Source of the DNA: an uncultured Chlamydiae bacterium
GTDB lineage: Bacteria; Chlamydiota; Chlamydiia; Chlamydiales; JAJFMA01
Direction: 5' to 3'
NCBI GenBank assembly: GCA_963713615.1
Contig: CAVQMM010000001.1
Coordinates: 32,001 to 96,000 of the forward strand
DNA: 64,000 bases
Position numbers and translations under genes: made by a program. Shown piece by piece: positions 28,951-40,700 of this stretch (positions are counted from its first letter, which is position 1; the number at the start of each line of letters is the position of its first letter). The notes under the pieces are model-generated. The model was not told the origin of the DNA. It searched no databases and worked only from the letters and a program-made list of their open reading frames with translations.

Positions 28951-30237
28951 TTATGCTTGAACTGTGCGTGGCTTCAATAAAACATCTGAATAGGCATCCA
29001 GCACTTCTGGGTTTTGCTCAATCAAATCATTCAGGGGCTGCTCGCGTCCAACTTTACAAACTTCCTTGAGACGTTTGTATAAGGGGTTACGCTCTCCTAG
29101 ACGATTTCCAATCCTTACCGTATATTTGCACAAAGCCAAAAAGTCATCGGCATTGTCCACTTTCTCCAACTGTTGGCAAAACAGCTCTTGCAGGCTATCC
29201 ACGTCATGGCGACGGGCTACCTTGTCAGGATGGCTAATAGCCCCGATCGCCTCAGTAAGATCGATGAATTGAAGGAGATCATCTATGGATAAGTCTTCAG
29301 ATGCGTCGAACTCTTCGTGGAGATTTGGATGAGTCCGTACAAACCAGCTACATTGTGCTAGTAACGGCTGATCACCACATTCAAAGGCCGCGCTAGCGGT
29401 TTGCAAGAGGGATTCGGAACTGAGGGCTTTGGCCAATTCTATGCTGCACAGGAGCTGTAGCTCCTTCGTTTCAGTAGCATTTGCCAGAGAATACAGTGCT
29501 AAACAGTATTTGGGGTTCGCTATTTTGCTCTTGGAATTTTGAGAAAGCTCTCCTGTATAGATAAAGTACAAAAAATCCATTAAGAGGTCAGGGTCATTGG
29601 TAAGACCAAATTCCTCTTCGTTTCCTTGAGGAGCCATAGGTCCTGCAAACTGTCTGTTGAAGAACTCCGACCGTGGAAGAAGCACCATCTTGCTTATAGG
29701 AAATTTAACCACCTTACTATCTTCACCTTGTTTCAGAGTAATCGTAAAGGTGAAATCTGCGAACTGTCCGGCCTGATTCATTTCCCAAAATTTTGTTCCC
29801 ATGAGATTCAAGATGGGTGTATAGACCGGCAGTGCAGGTCGTGGGATGAGGAGCGGATCATCTGGCTGCCAGGAAAGGCTAACACCGTATCTTAGACTAT
29901 TTCTGCTATCGTCAAGCATGTATGTGGCTTGAGGCTCTCTAACCTCCTTAAGGTCTCGAATCTTCCATTTCAAGGAATCAAATGCAGATGAAAGAAATAC
30001 CATCGCTGTGTGGGGGGTTCTTGCGCATAAATCCTGTGAAATATGGACTGAGCTGCAAAAACGATCGTTATGGGCAGCTTGCCGCGCCTCTTGAAAGATA
30101 TCATATAATGATGTGGCAAGAGCTGTTTGTATATTTTGATTGCGCGCACTGTATGGTCTAGGTTGATTTGGCGTAGGTTGGCTTTTCCTCAAATATGCAG
30201 CAACGTCATCTACGTTGCCAAAGTTAAGCTTTTCCAT
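28951..30237 (-). CDS. BTB/POZ-domain protein, candidate effector, paralog 1
   Basis: ADFTF...FPISKMVL..RSEFF...F, FLYFIYTG, L..LA...L..LC. Confidence 0.85.
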   Translation of the reverse strand: MEKLNFGNVDDVAAYLRKSQPTPNQPRPYSARNQNIQTALATSLYDIFQEARQAAHNDRFCSSVHISQDLCARTPHTAMVFLSSAFDSLKWKIRDLKEVREPQATYMLDDSRNSLRYGVSLSWQPDDPLLIPRPALPVYTPILNLMGTKFWEMNQAGQFADFTFTITLKQGEDSKVVKFPISKMVLLPRSEFFNRQFAGPMAPQGNEEEFGLTNDPDLLMDFLYFIYTGELSQNSKSKIANPKYCLALYSLANATETKELQLLCSIELAKALSSESLLQTASAAFECGDQPLLAQCSWFVRTHPNLHEEFDASEDLSIDDLLQFIDLTEAIGAISHPDKVARRHDVDSLQELFCQQLEKVDNADDFLALCKYTVRIGNRLGERNPLYKRLKEVCKVGREQPLNDLIEQNPEVLDAYSDVLLKPRTVQA

Positions 30238-30260
30238 GAAAATATCCTCTTTGTGATGAA

Positions 30261-31499
30261 TTAATTAATAATAATATTGGAATTAGTACGCTCTTTCAGC
30301 AGGAGTTCTTGGAATACCTCCCAAGCCTCTTTATTCTGTTCAAGTTTATTATTCATCTCATGCTCACGTCCGCGCGTGCGACAGATTTGCTTGAGGCGTC
30401 TGTAGAGAAGGTCGCGATTCCCGTTATTGTTCCCTCTAGCAATTGTGTACTCGCATAATGCCCTAAAATCTTCGACAGTCTCGACCTTTTCTATCTGCTG
30501 GCAGATCAATTCTTGTGCGCTATCAATCTCATGAGGGTGGGCTGCCTTGGCTGGGGGGCTTACAGCGTTAATGCTTTGTGCTGCGTTAGCAAAGATGAGC
30601 AGTTCTTCCATGAAAAGGCCTTCTAAGCTCATCAGATTATTGTAATAATCAGGATTTGCTCTGACATACCACCTACAAACGTTTAAAAGTTGTTGATCGT
30701 CACGTTCTACTGCTGCAGTAGCGATGGGTAGTAGGGACACTGAATTCAGGGCCTTATTAAGCTTATGACGACAGACTTCAACCAGCTTTGTCACTTCGGT
30801 AGATTCTGCCAGGCGATAAAGGCCTAGACAGTATTCTAGATTTGATAAGCCCTTCTCGGCATCTTCAGAGATCTTTCCTGTATAGATGAAATACAAGAGA
30901 GTTTTGAAGAGGTCTGCATCGTTTGTAAGTTCTTCTATAGCCTTTTGTGGATTCGCATTTTTATTTTCGAATAGCCTATCAAAAAAAGGACTATAGGTAG
31001 CCAAGGTTAGTATATGAACAGGAAATCTCTCCACGCGTACACGCTCACCAGGCAACGGCTTATGGCGAATGCCAAAACAGTAATCCGTGTGTTTTTGTTT
31101 TTGAGCGAATTCCCAAGCCCTATCGCTTCCAGGGATGGGCGCTGGTTGGTAGGTAGGCAGAGCAGGTCTTGGAACAATGAATGGGTTGTCAGGCTTCCAG
31201 GAAAGGGTTAGAGATTGATGATCGAGCTGCATGTCCCAATCAAGGTGTTTTTTGACTAACCTAGATGTGGTTTCACCTGGGAAAGAGCTGTTTAGTTTAA
31301 GGGTGGTACGCCTAATAATGATTTGATTGCATGGTGTATCTTGTTGAGCAGTTTTTTTTGCCTCTATATATAATGCTGAGATTAATTCAGATATTTCTGA
31401 ATTCCAACTATTATTTGGATTTAGTTGATTCACCTTTTGACAAACATTATTGGGCACACTGAGGTCTAATGCAGCAAAAGCACTTGTAAGATTTTCCAT
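30261..31499 (-). CDS. BTB/POZ-domain protein, candidate effector, paralog 2
   Basis: TDY.F...FPVHILTLATYSPFFDRLF, LLYFIYTG; colinear with neighbour. Confidence 0.85.
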   Translation of the reverse strand: MENLTSAFAALDLSVPNNVCQKVNQLNPNNSWNSEISELISALYIEAKKTAQQDTPCNQIIIRRTTLKLNSSFPGETTSRLVKKHLDWDMQLDHQSLTLSWKPDNPFIVPRPALPTYQPAPIPGSDRAWEFAQKQKHTDYCFGIRHKPLPGERVRVERFPVHILTLATYSPFFDRLFENKNANPQKAIEELTNDADLFKTLLYFIYTGKISEDAEKGLSNLEYCLGLYRLAESTEVTKLVEVCRHKLNKALNSVSLLPIATAAVERDDQQLLNVCRWYVRANPDYYNNLMSLEGLFMEELLIFANAAQSINAVSPPAKAAHPHEIDSAQELICQQIEKVETVEDFRALCEYTIARGNNNGNRDLLYRRLKQICRTRGREHEMNNKLEQNKEAWEVFQELLLKERTNSNIIIN

Positions 31500-31719
31500 A
31501 TTTAATCTCCTTGTAATATTCTATGATTACAATTATTGCTGTACGTAATATTTAGAGAACGTCAACGATCTAGTTTTCTATGCTTTTCAGTATAATCAGT
31601 TTGCCTTTGAACTGAATTTCAGTCAACGGTAAAGAAGTTGTCATATAAAATATTTTACTAGTTTACACAAAAACACTGTGATAATACAATTGTATATAAA
31701 ACATAACTGGCTTATTATA

Positions 31720-34700
31720 ATGAAATATGTAAATGTCATGCTTTTTTGGTTGTCAGTTCTATTGTTGCCATCGATAGCTGATGCCTCGCAGGCATCATTT
31801 AATGTGGGTAGATCATTAGATTTGTCTGACCATGATAAAGCTGTTTTATCTCAAGCTTTGAAAGAGTTTCGTTCTATTCAGGTGACTGCCCAGCCTGATG
31901 GATGGCTTGTTTTAATAGACGGCGAGATGAACGCGTTCGCCTTTCTGAAGGAATTACTTATCAAGAATGCGTTGGATGAGTCACTAGCGAAGGCTTCGAT
32001 TGACTATGGCTTGAAGGCGCCCTATTCAGATGAGGTGGGTCAGATGCTGCGTCAGGCCATAGCAAATGTTTACGACGTTGACCCCTCGGTATTTGAAGAA
32101 GAGCCTGCTTTAGAGCGTTTTATCTTGGCTAATCGACTCCACGACAGCAACTTTGAGATGCGCTTGGGTCGTTTTTCTACTCCACAAATCTATTTAAAGG
32201 GGCAGTGGCGAGCTTGGAAAGATCTGATAGGTAGTATTCCTATGGATGCCGAGAGGGGCAAGCTAAAAGCATATACGTTTACCCCGGAGGGATTCATAAA
32301 GGTTAACGAGGAGCCAAAGAAGGTCTCTAAGAAGACTGAGGAATCGAAGAAGGCCGAAGAGAAAGAGACAGTTCCCCCTCCCAGAGATAAGCCTCAGCAG
32401 AAGCAGAGTGTAACAAAAACTGCTGATGAGACTACGCAGCAGGTTCCCAATCGAAATGTCGCTCACGATGATCTAAGGCGCTTTATCGTCGAGTCCAAGG
32501 CCATCCCTATTGATGACAGGCTGCTTTTTCATATTTTAACTGATGTGTATGGCCGTGGTTTGGATCTCGAAGGAGGATTTCCACCCACATTTCTGCGCTA
32601 TGTTCAGGCAGTGTTGGAACAAAGAAAGCAGTTTTCTCATGCTCAAGAGGCCAAGGTTCTCAATGATGTTCTTGAGATGTTTCCGGCAGCTATTGAACTC
32701 ACACAATTGCTTTATGCTCGGCAGGATCCGGAAAAATTGCAGGCATGCTTGAAAGGCTATCTGAGCAGGCTAAGCAAAGGACAAGCGCTGTTTTTTTTCG
32801 GAGGGTGGAAGGGGCATGCCGTCGTTTATGAAATGCTTAAGCAAACGAATGGAAAATTTCGTTTTCGTGTCTTTAATACTGGTGAAGGCATTGAATACCA
32901 CCAACGCTTTACTGTAGGGACGCAAGAACTTGTTATTCCTTATTACGAATTGGTGGATATCTCTGAGACTAGACTCTCGCACATCGTCTTTTTGAAGGCT
33001 TTGCAGGAGCTATACACACCGGATGTCTCTCCTGTCATGGGTCCCTCGGACCTATATGGCGCTATCTTGCCCATATTAAAAGGTGAAGTTAGCAAGGCAA
33101 CAGTGAGCCAGGCTCATCTTCAACGTGCGCAGCGGTCAGGGACCTGTGCCTACGCATCCTTGATGGCATACCTTACCGAAGTGATGGGTAATCGTTACGG
33201 AGGGACACGTTTAAGCCTTGAAATTCAGACAAAAGCTATCCACAACTATTTTCGGGAGCATCACACTCGCTTAGCAAAGGATCCAAAGGCTAGGAAATTA
33301 CTGCAAAAGGCTGCGACAGCTTATGCAGTGGCGAGTGAAAGGGCCTATCAAGAAGGAGAGATCACTGCGGAGGAGCTGCAGTTATCCGCCGAGTTAGCGC
33401 AACATCTTGATGAGGCGATACTTGAGGTCCGCCAAACTGCCAAGAAGGAGGCTGCATCAGCGGCGCCACAGGTGGTTGCGAATGCACGTCTTGACAAGCC
33501 GGTGGCCCTCGAAGCCGTCTTGGTATCCCCTTCGGTCACCGCTCGTGATCAGCTCATTCAAAAGTTCAACAAGCCTACTGTAGTCCCCACGACATCAATA
33601 GATGAGCTCGCTGTGTCTTCCGATCTGGCCTTGTGTGCCCAGCGTTTACATTTAGCCAACGACCAAGAGCAGGTGGATAGTGTCATTACTGCTGTACAGC
33701 TTTTGGCGGTAGAGCTTTCGCTCGATGCTACGCATGCCATGTGGAGTACAGTTACCAGCGACAATCTTGAAGAGACTCTGGCCAATTTAGTTGAAATCGG
33801 CCGACAATACCTACGAGCCCATATTATGCGAGGGTTTTTGCATACGCATTCTAAGGCTGGTGTCTCGATTTCGGAATATCTGGCTCTGATTAAGTTGCAG
33901 GCTGTCGCTGAGAGCTTAGTTCGCCACAAGCAGCCGCAGGTGGGAAGTACGCTGCCAAACTTACGTCCATTTGCGCTTAACATCTGGATTCGGCCTGACC
34001 GGCTGGGCAATGCCTACTATGCCACTTTTGATCCGGTATGGGACGATCAGATCAGGCAGTTGGCGACATTTTGGGATTCAGAAGCCAAGGACTTCTTCGG
34101 CTTCTATAGATATATGGCAGGTCATCAATCGGGCCATGTTAAGCATGTCGTCGAAGACCACTACGATGGTAGCTCCAATAAAAAGCACATTAATGCTTGG
34201 GATGCAGACTTGCATTGGGGTGATGTTCAGTGGGCTACAGACTGGGTTCAACGAAAGGATGTGCGCTCTACCATCAAGAAACAGTACCCTGAGATGGCGC
34301 TGAAGAGCCCTACCTATCAAGCGATGATGGCTTTATCCGATGCCGGTCATAAAGACCTTCTTCCCGCCGCATTTTTTGCTTTGCGAGATCTGGCTTTCTA
34401 TGCCGACTACCTCACTGGGGGACCTATATCGGCAGAGTCAGGGGTAAAGCTTAGCGACTTTGACTTCGTTAAGGGCCTCGAATTTCATGCGCAACGCAAG
34501 CAAGTGTCTGAAATCTATTCTGAACCTATCTGGAAAGCCCACTACCAGGTCTTCGGTGGTTGGAGTCGTAAAGGTGGATTGTGGAAAGAGATTCCCAATC
34601 TTAGAAACGGGATCGTGAAGGATACTCGAGATATTTGGGAGCCTCCTTATCGGTTTATGCAAGAGAAGGTTCTTGGAGGACTCCTTAGAGGCGAACGGCG

Positions 34701-37700
34701 TTGGATTCTTGGGCCTCTCCAAGAATATGCGGCCAATCCTCAGGATGTGACGGGTTTTGCAGATATCAGACTTAAGGCGCTTGACGAACTACTGGCCGAG
34801 AATCCCTTGGACAGTTTGCGTCAGCATCATGCCCTAACCAGTGTTCCTAGCCTGCAAGCTGTTGAGGTCCTCGGAACCTATCTATCATCGTCGCATCTTC
34901 TTACTAGCCAGGAACACCGGCAGACCTTTTTGAGGCTGATCTTTAGCCCAGATCTCTTTGCATTTTTGGACAAGGATCCAAGAAGGGCCTCTGAATTTGC
35001 CCAGCAGGCGATCACCTTGACAATCGAGCAATTTTGCAATTATAGAGACCTTGGAGATGCCCCTACGGCATTTTTCTTTTTAGAGGCCGCACGACTATTC
35101 CAGGATTACTTCAGCTTTTACGAACAAAGTGCAGGTAAGGATCTAGAGTTATCCTACAGTAACTTGAGGCAAGAGCTGCGAGACATAATCAAGTCATCCA
35201 AGGTAGAGGAAAAATACATTCATCAAGCCTACTTGGTGTTTGCTAGAACCTATTTATACCAGGATCCAAGCAAGCTTACACGTGAGGGCCTCATTGAGCT
35301 TCTTGAAGCAGTTATCCGCGCTAAAGAGAGTAAGGGGCTCGATCGTAGGGCTCGACAAGACCTTCAAGACGTCTTATTTCGTCATCGCCACATCATCAGA
35401 TTTCAACTTAGCTCGCTAGAACGAGACGAAATTCTAAACGCCGTTGTACAGGCAATTCATCCGACTATCAGTATCACTTGGGATACCTCTGCAAGCTTTC
35501 CTGTCTATTCTGGAGGCGGTGAAAAGCCCGTCTTGTTCGATGTGCTTGAGGGAAGCCTGGTCATTCCAGGCACGGTGACCAAATTGCCTGAAGTGATCAG
35601 GCTATCAGGTCCTTTTAAGAGCCTATTTCCAAAGGATTTCAACCCACAGGTGTATCAGTCCAGTGTGGATCTATTGGAGTTCCTAGGACCCGATGGCCGG
35701 TCCTATTTTGTTCGAAAGGGCTCTACAGGGGGATGGAATGGCGCTGTCGAATGGCTTTGTGAGTTCGATGAGGGGCTATTTCGATTGCAGAATAGTCAGA
35801 CCGTTGCTAACAGCGTCCCACAACCTAGCCTGGCGACGACCAGTCACATTTGGTATCGCAAACAACCCATGCAGGAAGTGCTCTTTGTAAACCGTAAATC
35901 GGGCAAGCCACACTATGTGTCTACCGGTGACCTTCGTGAGATTCATCGAGCCAGTGATCAAGGGCAAGCGCTGAATGAGGTTCTGTACCAAGTCAAGGGG
36001 CAGGGACCGGCATTTCGCTTTTTATCTAATCTCGAAGATGATTCCCAGATTCTCCTGTGGAGTCATCCGAACGATGGAAAGGTGACAGCTGAACTGCCGC
36101 GGTTGGGGTTAACGTTACAAACCGATAAGGAGTTAGGGTGGGTAGTCGATCAATTTCCAGGCTATCGCCTAAGCAGCCATCAATATGCTGCACAACTAGG
36201 AGATGCCAGTCACTATCTTGTATTGGAAAAAAGTACGGCGCCATCCGAGCGCATTGTGGTCATGCCACTTCAAAAACTGCAACCCATCCAGGGAGGAAGT
36301 GGGCTTGTTCCAGCAGTCATTCCTGTAAGGGATCTTAAGCATAGAAAGACAAAGACATTTCCTCTGGTCATTTTCGACTTACAGGAGGATAGACTGCTCC
36401 CTAGGAATCTGGAGGCACGTTTTTATCTCACTAAGCTCCTGCTGTGGCAGCATGACTATGAACTAGCTGCTGAGGCCCTTAGAGGGACAGGACCCTTGTT
36501 GCGTTCCCTCACTGTAGATGAAGCAATGCTATTGGAAGAAATTTGCGCTATTCAAGCTGAAAACGGTGATGGTGACCCGCGCTCGAGGGCGGTTTGTTTA
36601 TTGGCCCATTACCTACGTATGCGGGTGCATGTCGATTTTCCTAATCATCATAGCTGTCCCAACGCAGAAACCCTATACTTAAGCCATTTACAAGATGCCG
36701 GTTGGGTAGGTGATTATCTATTGCATCCTGAAGAAGAACTTTTCTTAGCCAAGATCGTAGCGTCATCTGCAACTCCGATTTCGCTCAACCTCATCCTGGA
36801 ACGCATCGAGCAGTTAGAGACGCACATAAAGAACGGGCAACCGATTGTTGAGGGAAAGAGCGATTTACCCGCTGTGGCTATTCCGACAGCGGAGCGTTGT
36901 CAGGCGAATGCACCTCAGTTCAATGACTTCCACGGCATTGCATGGAGCCCGCAAAAGCAGGGAACTTTGGATCTTTCCCGAATTATGCTTCGACCAGACC
37001 TCAAAGATGATTTTGGAATGCTTTATCGGGCAGCTAGGATGGAGGGTGGACTTCCCCTTCTAAGAAAAGCTATCTGGAGGCTTACCGGACTCCCTAGAGA
37101 GCATTCAGTTAAACAATCCAATTGGTGGAGTCTCGAAATTCCGGAAAATATGAGTGGCATATTAGGAACTACCAAGGAGGAATTGCTGGAGAGTTGGTTG
37201 TTAGCCGTTGGGGCAGGCTTCAACGGGAAAGATGCGGCCCTTATGCGGGTTCTTTGGGCGGTGACTCTTAATCCCGACCGTTTTCCGGCGTTTAGCGAGC
37301 TTGAAAACAATGCTGATGAAGCCAAGCGCAAGCAGGTCATAGAGAAGGCTCTCTCCGGTGTGGCGCAGTCATTCCATGACTGCGAATCAGAGCAACAATC
37401 TGTGCTGGAAACCTCTAGGGAGTGCCCGGTACGGTCTCCAGGGACTTATGACAATGACCCAACCTTTAATCAATGCATTCTACCGACAGAGGTTGGTAGC
37501 CAACCGATCGTCGCGCATGTCGAGGACTATGTGGTGGCATTGCCCTTAAGTAATCAGGAGCAGCATGAGATTTGTGATGCTACACAAAGACTGAAAGACC
37601 TTTTTGACTTTCACGATCATGACGGAGTACCCGAATTTGCCAGTCGGAATCTGCAGCGTGGCATCAGTGATTTTGGTGCCAAGGTTGAAGGAGAAGGCAA

Positions 37701-40700
37701 AAATTACCAAGTCATGGGCTTGAGTAAGCTCAAAGAGTTGAAGAAGGAGCTCGTCGAACGCATTAGCAAGATTCGCGAGGAGCTTGATCGAAAGAGAACC
37801 GAGATAGAGGAAATCCTCGCCCTGCTTCCTGCCGAAGAAAACATGGGTGCCTATGAGCAGCTCCGTCGCACAGGAGGTCTAGAACGACTTTTTAGCCTAG
37901 ATGACGTTGCTAGACTATATGCAACACAGGATGTGGAATTGATTCATAGGCTTCACCCGGGCTTAAGTTTGGAAGGGATTGCTGATCTCTTTAGCAAGAT
38001 GGGAGCTTATATGCTTGATACCGTCGATGAGCAGCATTTACTGCGAGTCGTCGCTGTTATAGAACGCTGTCAATTACAAATCAGAGCACTTTGCTCCTGG
38101 GTAGAGATGGCACAAACCGCAGCGGAACTGTATCTAGAATTGAGTAGTCGGCGCGCCTATGATCTCGGTAAACACCCTGAGTACTTATCTTTCGAATATT
38201 TTATGCAGATTCTCTTGCGTCCGGAGCAGCTCGCTATTTTGGAACAATTGCAAATTCAAGACGGCAAGATAGGCGCACCAGAACACCTCGGCAGCGTCAT
38301 GGAGATGATTATGGCGGCCGGCAAAACTTCCGTTTTGTTACCTCTCCTGGGGCAGCTGATTGCGGATGGACAAAGGCTCGCTCTGATTGTTATGCCCGAG
38401 ACACTACTGCCCTCGATGTCTGATGGCTTGCAGCAAACCGCCGCGAAGAGTTTTGGTCAGGATGTCGAGGTGCTGCATATAGACCGTGCGATAGGACACA
38501 GCGAGACACAGCTGCAGCACCTTCTGGAAAAGTTGCAGGATGCCAGAACCAATCGACGAATGATTTTAACAACCAATAGCAGCATTCAAAGTCTGTTCCT
38601 TAACTTTATCTTACAGCTTCGGCAGTATGACGAGTTAGTTGAAGCCGGTTTTGATGGTAATGAGACCGCGCAGTCAGAAACCTCTATTCAGCAGTATCAG
38701 GAGATCTTTCGCTTTCTAAGAACCTACGCCACAGCAGTAGTAGACGAGATTGATACGATCATGGATGTACTCAAAGCACATTATTATGCTTTGGGAGAAA
38801 GGCGAGGGGTTCATCCAGATGTTCGAGCTGCAGTGGTAGGGCTTTATGAGCTGATGCTAGACGATACCGTCAGGAGCACCGGGATTAACATACCCTTTTT
38901 ACCACAGACAGGTCAGGCCCCTTTTACCGCTGAGAGCTATGCATTCGTTTTTAAGAAAAGCCTCATTGATGCCGTTCTAGAGGGCAAATACCTGGTGAGT
39001 TCCGGTCCTTTTACTCGGTTTATGAATTTACTGAATAAAGCATCATGGGCAGACTTGCAGCCAGAGCTGAAGTGTAAGTGGCAGAGCACTTATAGCCCAA
39101 GAGCGCTTCTTGAAGCATATCTAGCTAATGAAGGCAATTCCGAAGCCTGGGCCTTCGTGGAGCAGATCAAAAATATTCAGGTGAGAAACATCTTGGCAGT
39201 ACTTCAAGAAGAACTGACGATCGTTCTTCCTCTTACCGCCCCGAAGCTACTGCATACACATTATGGTCCAGGGATCGCCTCGTGGGCAGTACCCTATCAC
39301 CTGGGCAGTCACGTCTCTAAGGCAGAATTTGGTACCGAACTGGAGGTACTCAACTACACGTTGCAAATGTTTTTGGAGATGGGCGTTTCAGCAGAGATAC
39401 TGAAGCAAGAGGTCGTGCGGCTCAAAGCCTTGGTTCAGAACAATGCCACTAGAGCCGAAGCCATTGAGCAGTTTCAAGAACTCGTTGGCAATCACAGCAT
39501 CACATTGCTATCTATCCAGGAAAGCGATTACGACGTTATGGCCGCGCACATTCGCGCCAAGCCCAAGGTTCTTTTACGTTTAGCTGAGACGTTTGCTTTA
39601 CCTAGAATAGGCACTTTCTCGAAACAGATAAGTACTAATGCGCAGATCTATGCGTTTTTATTCCACGTTGTGCACGGTTTTAGTGGAACGTTGTGGAACG
39701 TCGACACCTTCCCACGCACCTTTAAAGCGCCATCGCTATCAGATACGCAAGAGCGTACCCTTCATGTTCTTTGGCAAACCACTCCACAACATATTGACTT
39801 GGTGGAGGAAACAGCCGACGTAACGAAGATGGTAGGCCTAATCATGTCTCCAACCGACGGCAAAGCAGAGGCTCTCATTGATGCTGCCGGCCTGTTCCGC
39901 GGAATGGACAACTTCAAAGTTGCTCAAGCGATGCTGGAGCTTCGTCCGGAGACAAGAATTCAAGGAGTCATCTATTACAATCAAATGGGCGATCTTATGG
40001 TCGCGGAAAAGGCAGTACTGAATCCCGTGTCGTTGGCGATGAGCCGTTTATCCAAAGACCAGCTACTGGCTTTTTGGGATCAGGCGCACACTACAGGCTC
40101 GGATGTAAGACTGGGAGGTCAGACGAAGGCCGTTGTGACTGTTGGACGGCACACTATCTTAAGAGATTTGCTTCAGGCAGTCTGGCGTCTTCGCTCTTTG
40201 GGTAACGGCCAATCCGTACGAATAGTCGTTCCCAGTAACGACGCTAAGGTCATTGCTGAGGCTTTGAGCCGTATTCTAGGAAAACCTGTGAGTACTGCGC
40301 TTCAATTGGGGCACATCCTACAGTATACCTTCTATAACCAGGTGTTGAAGTTGAGTGACCACTGTCGTCGCGGTGTCAAGCACCAGATGCAGAGCGTTCT
40401 TATCCGAGACATTTTCGCACAGCTAATCGATGAATCCTCGACACCATCTGCGGTTATCGGTATCTATCGGCAGGCTAAAAATTTATTCGAACAGGATTTG
40501 CACGAACAAGCACATGAGGTATATGGCAAGCCTAGCGGTGAACAGCCTAGTGACATAGTCCTAGCCAGTGAACTAGACGCTTTGCTTGCGAGTCCAGCGG
40601 CAGCGGCTATTCCGCACCAAGAACTTTTAAGTTCTAAACTGAATGAGATTCTGGCCAATATGTTGCCTCTGGTCCCTCGGAACATACGTGTTGAAGAGCG

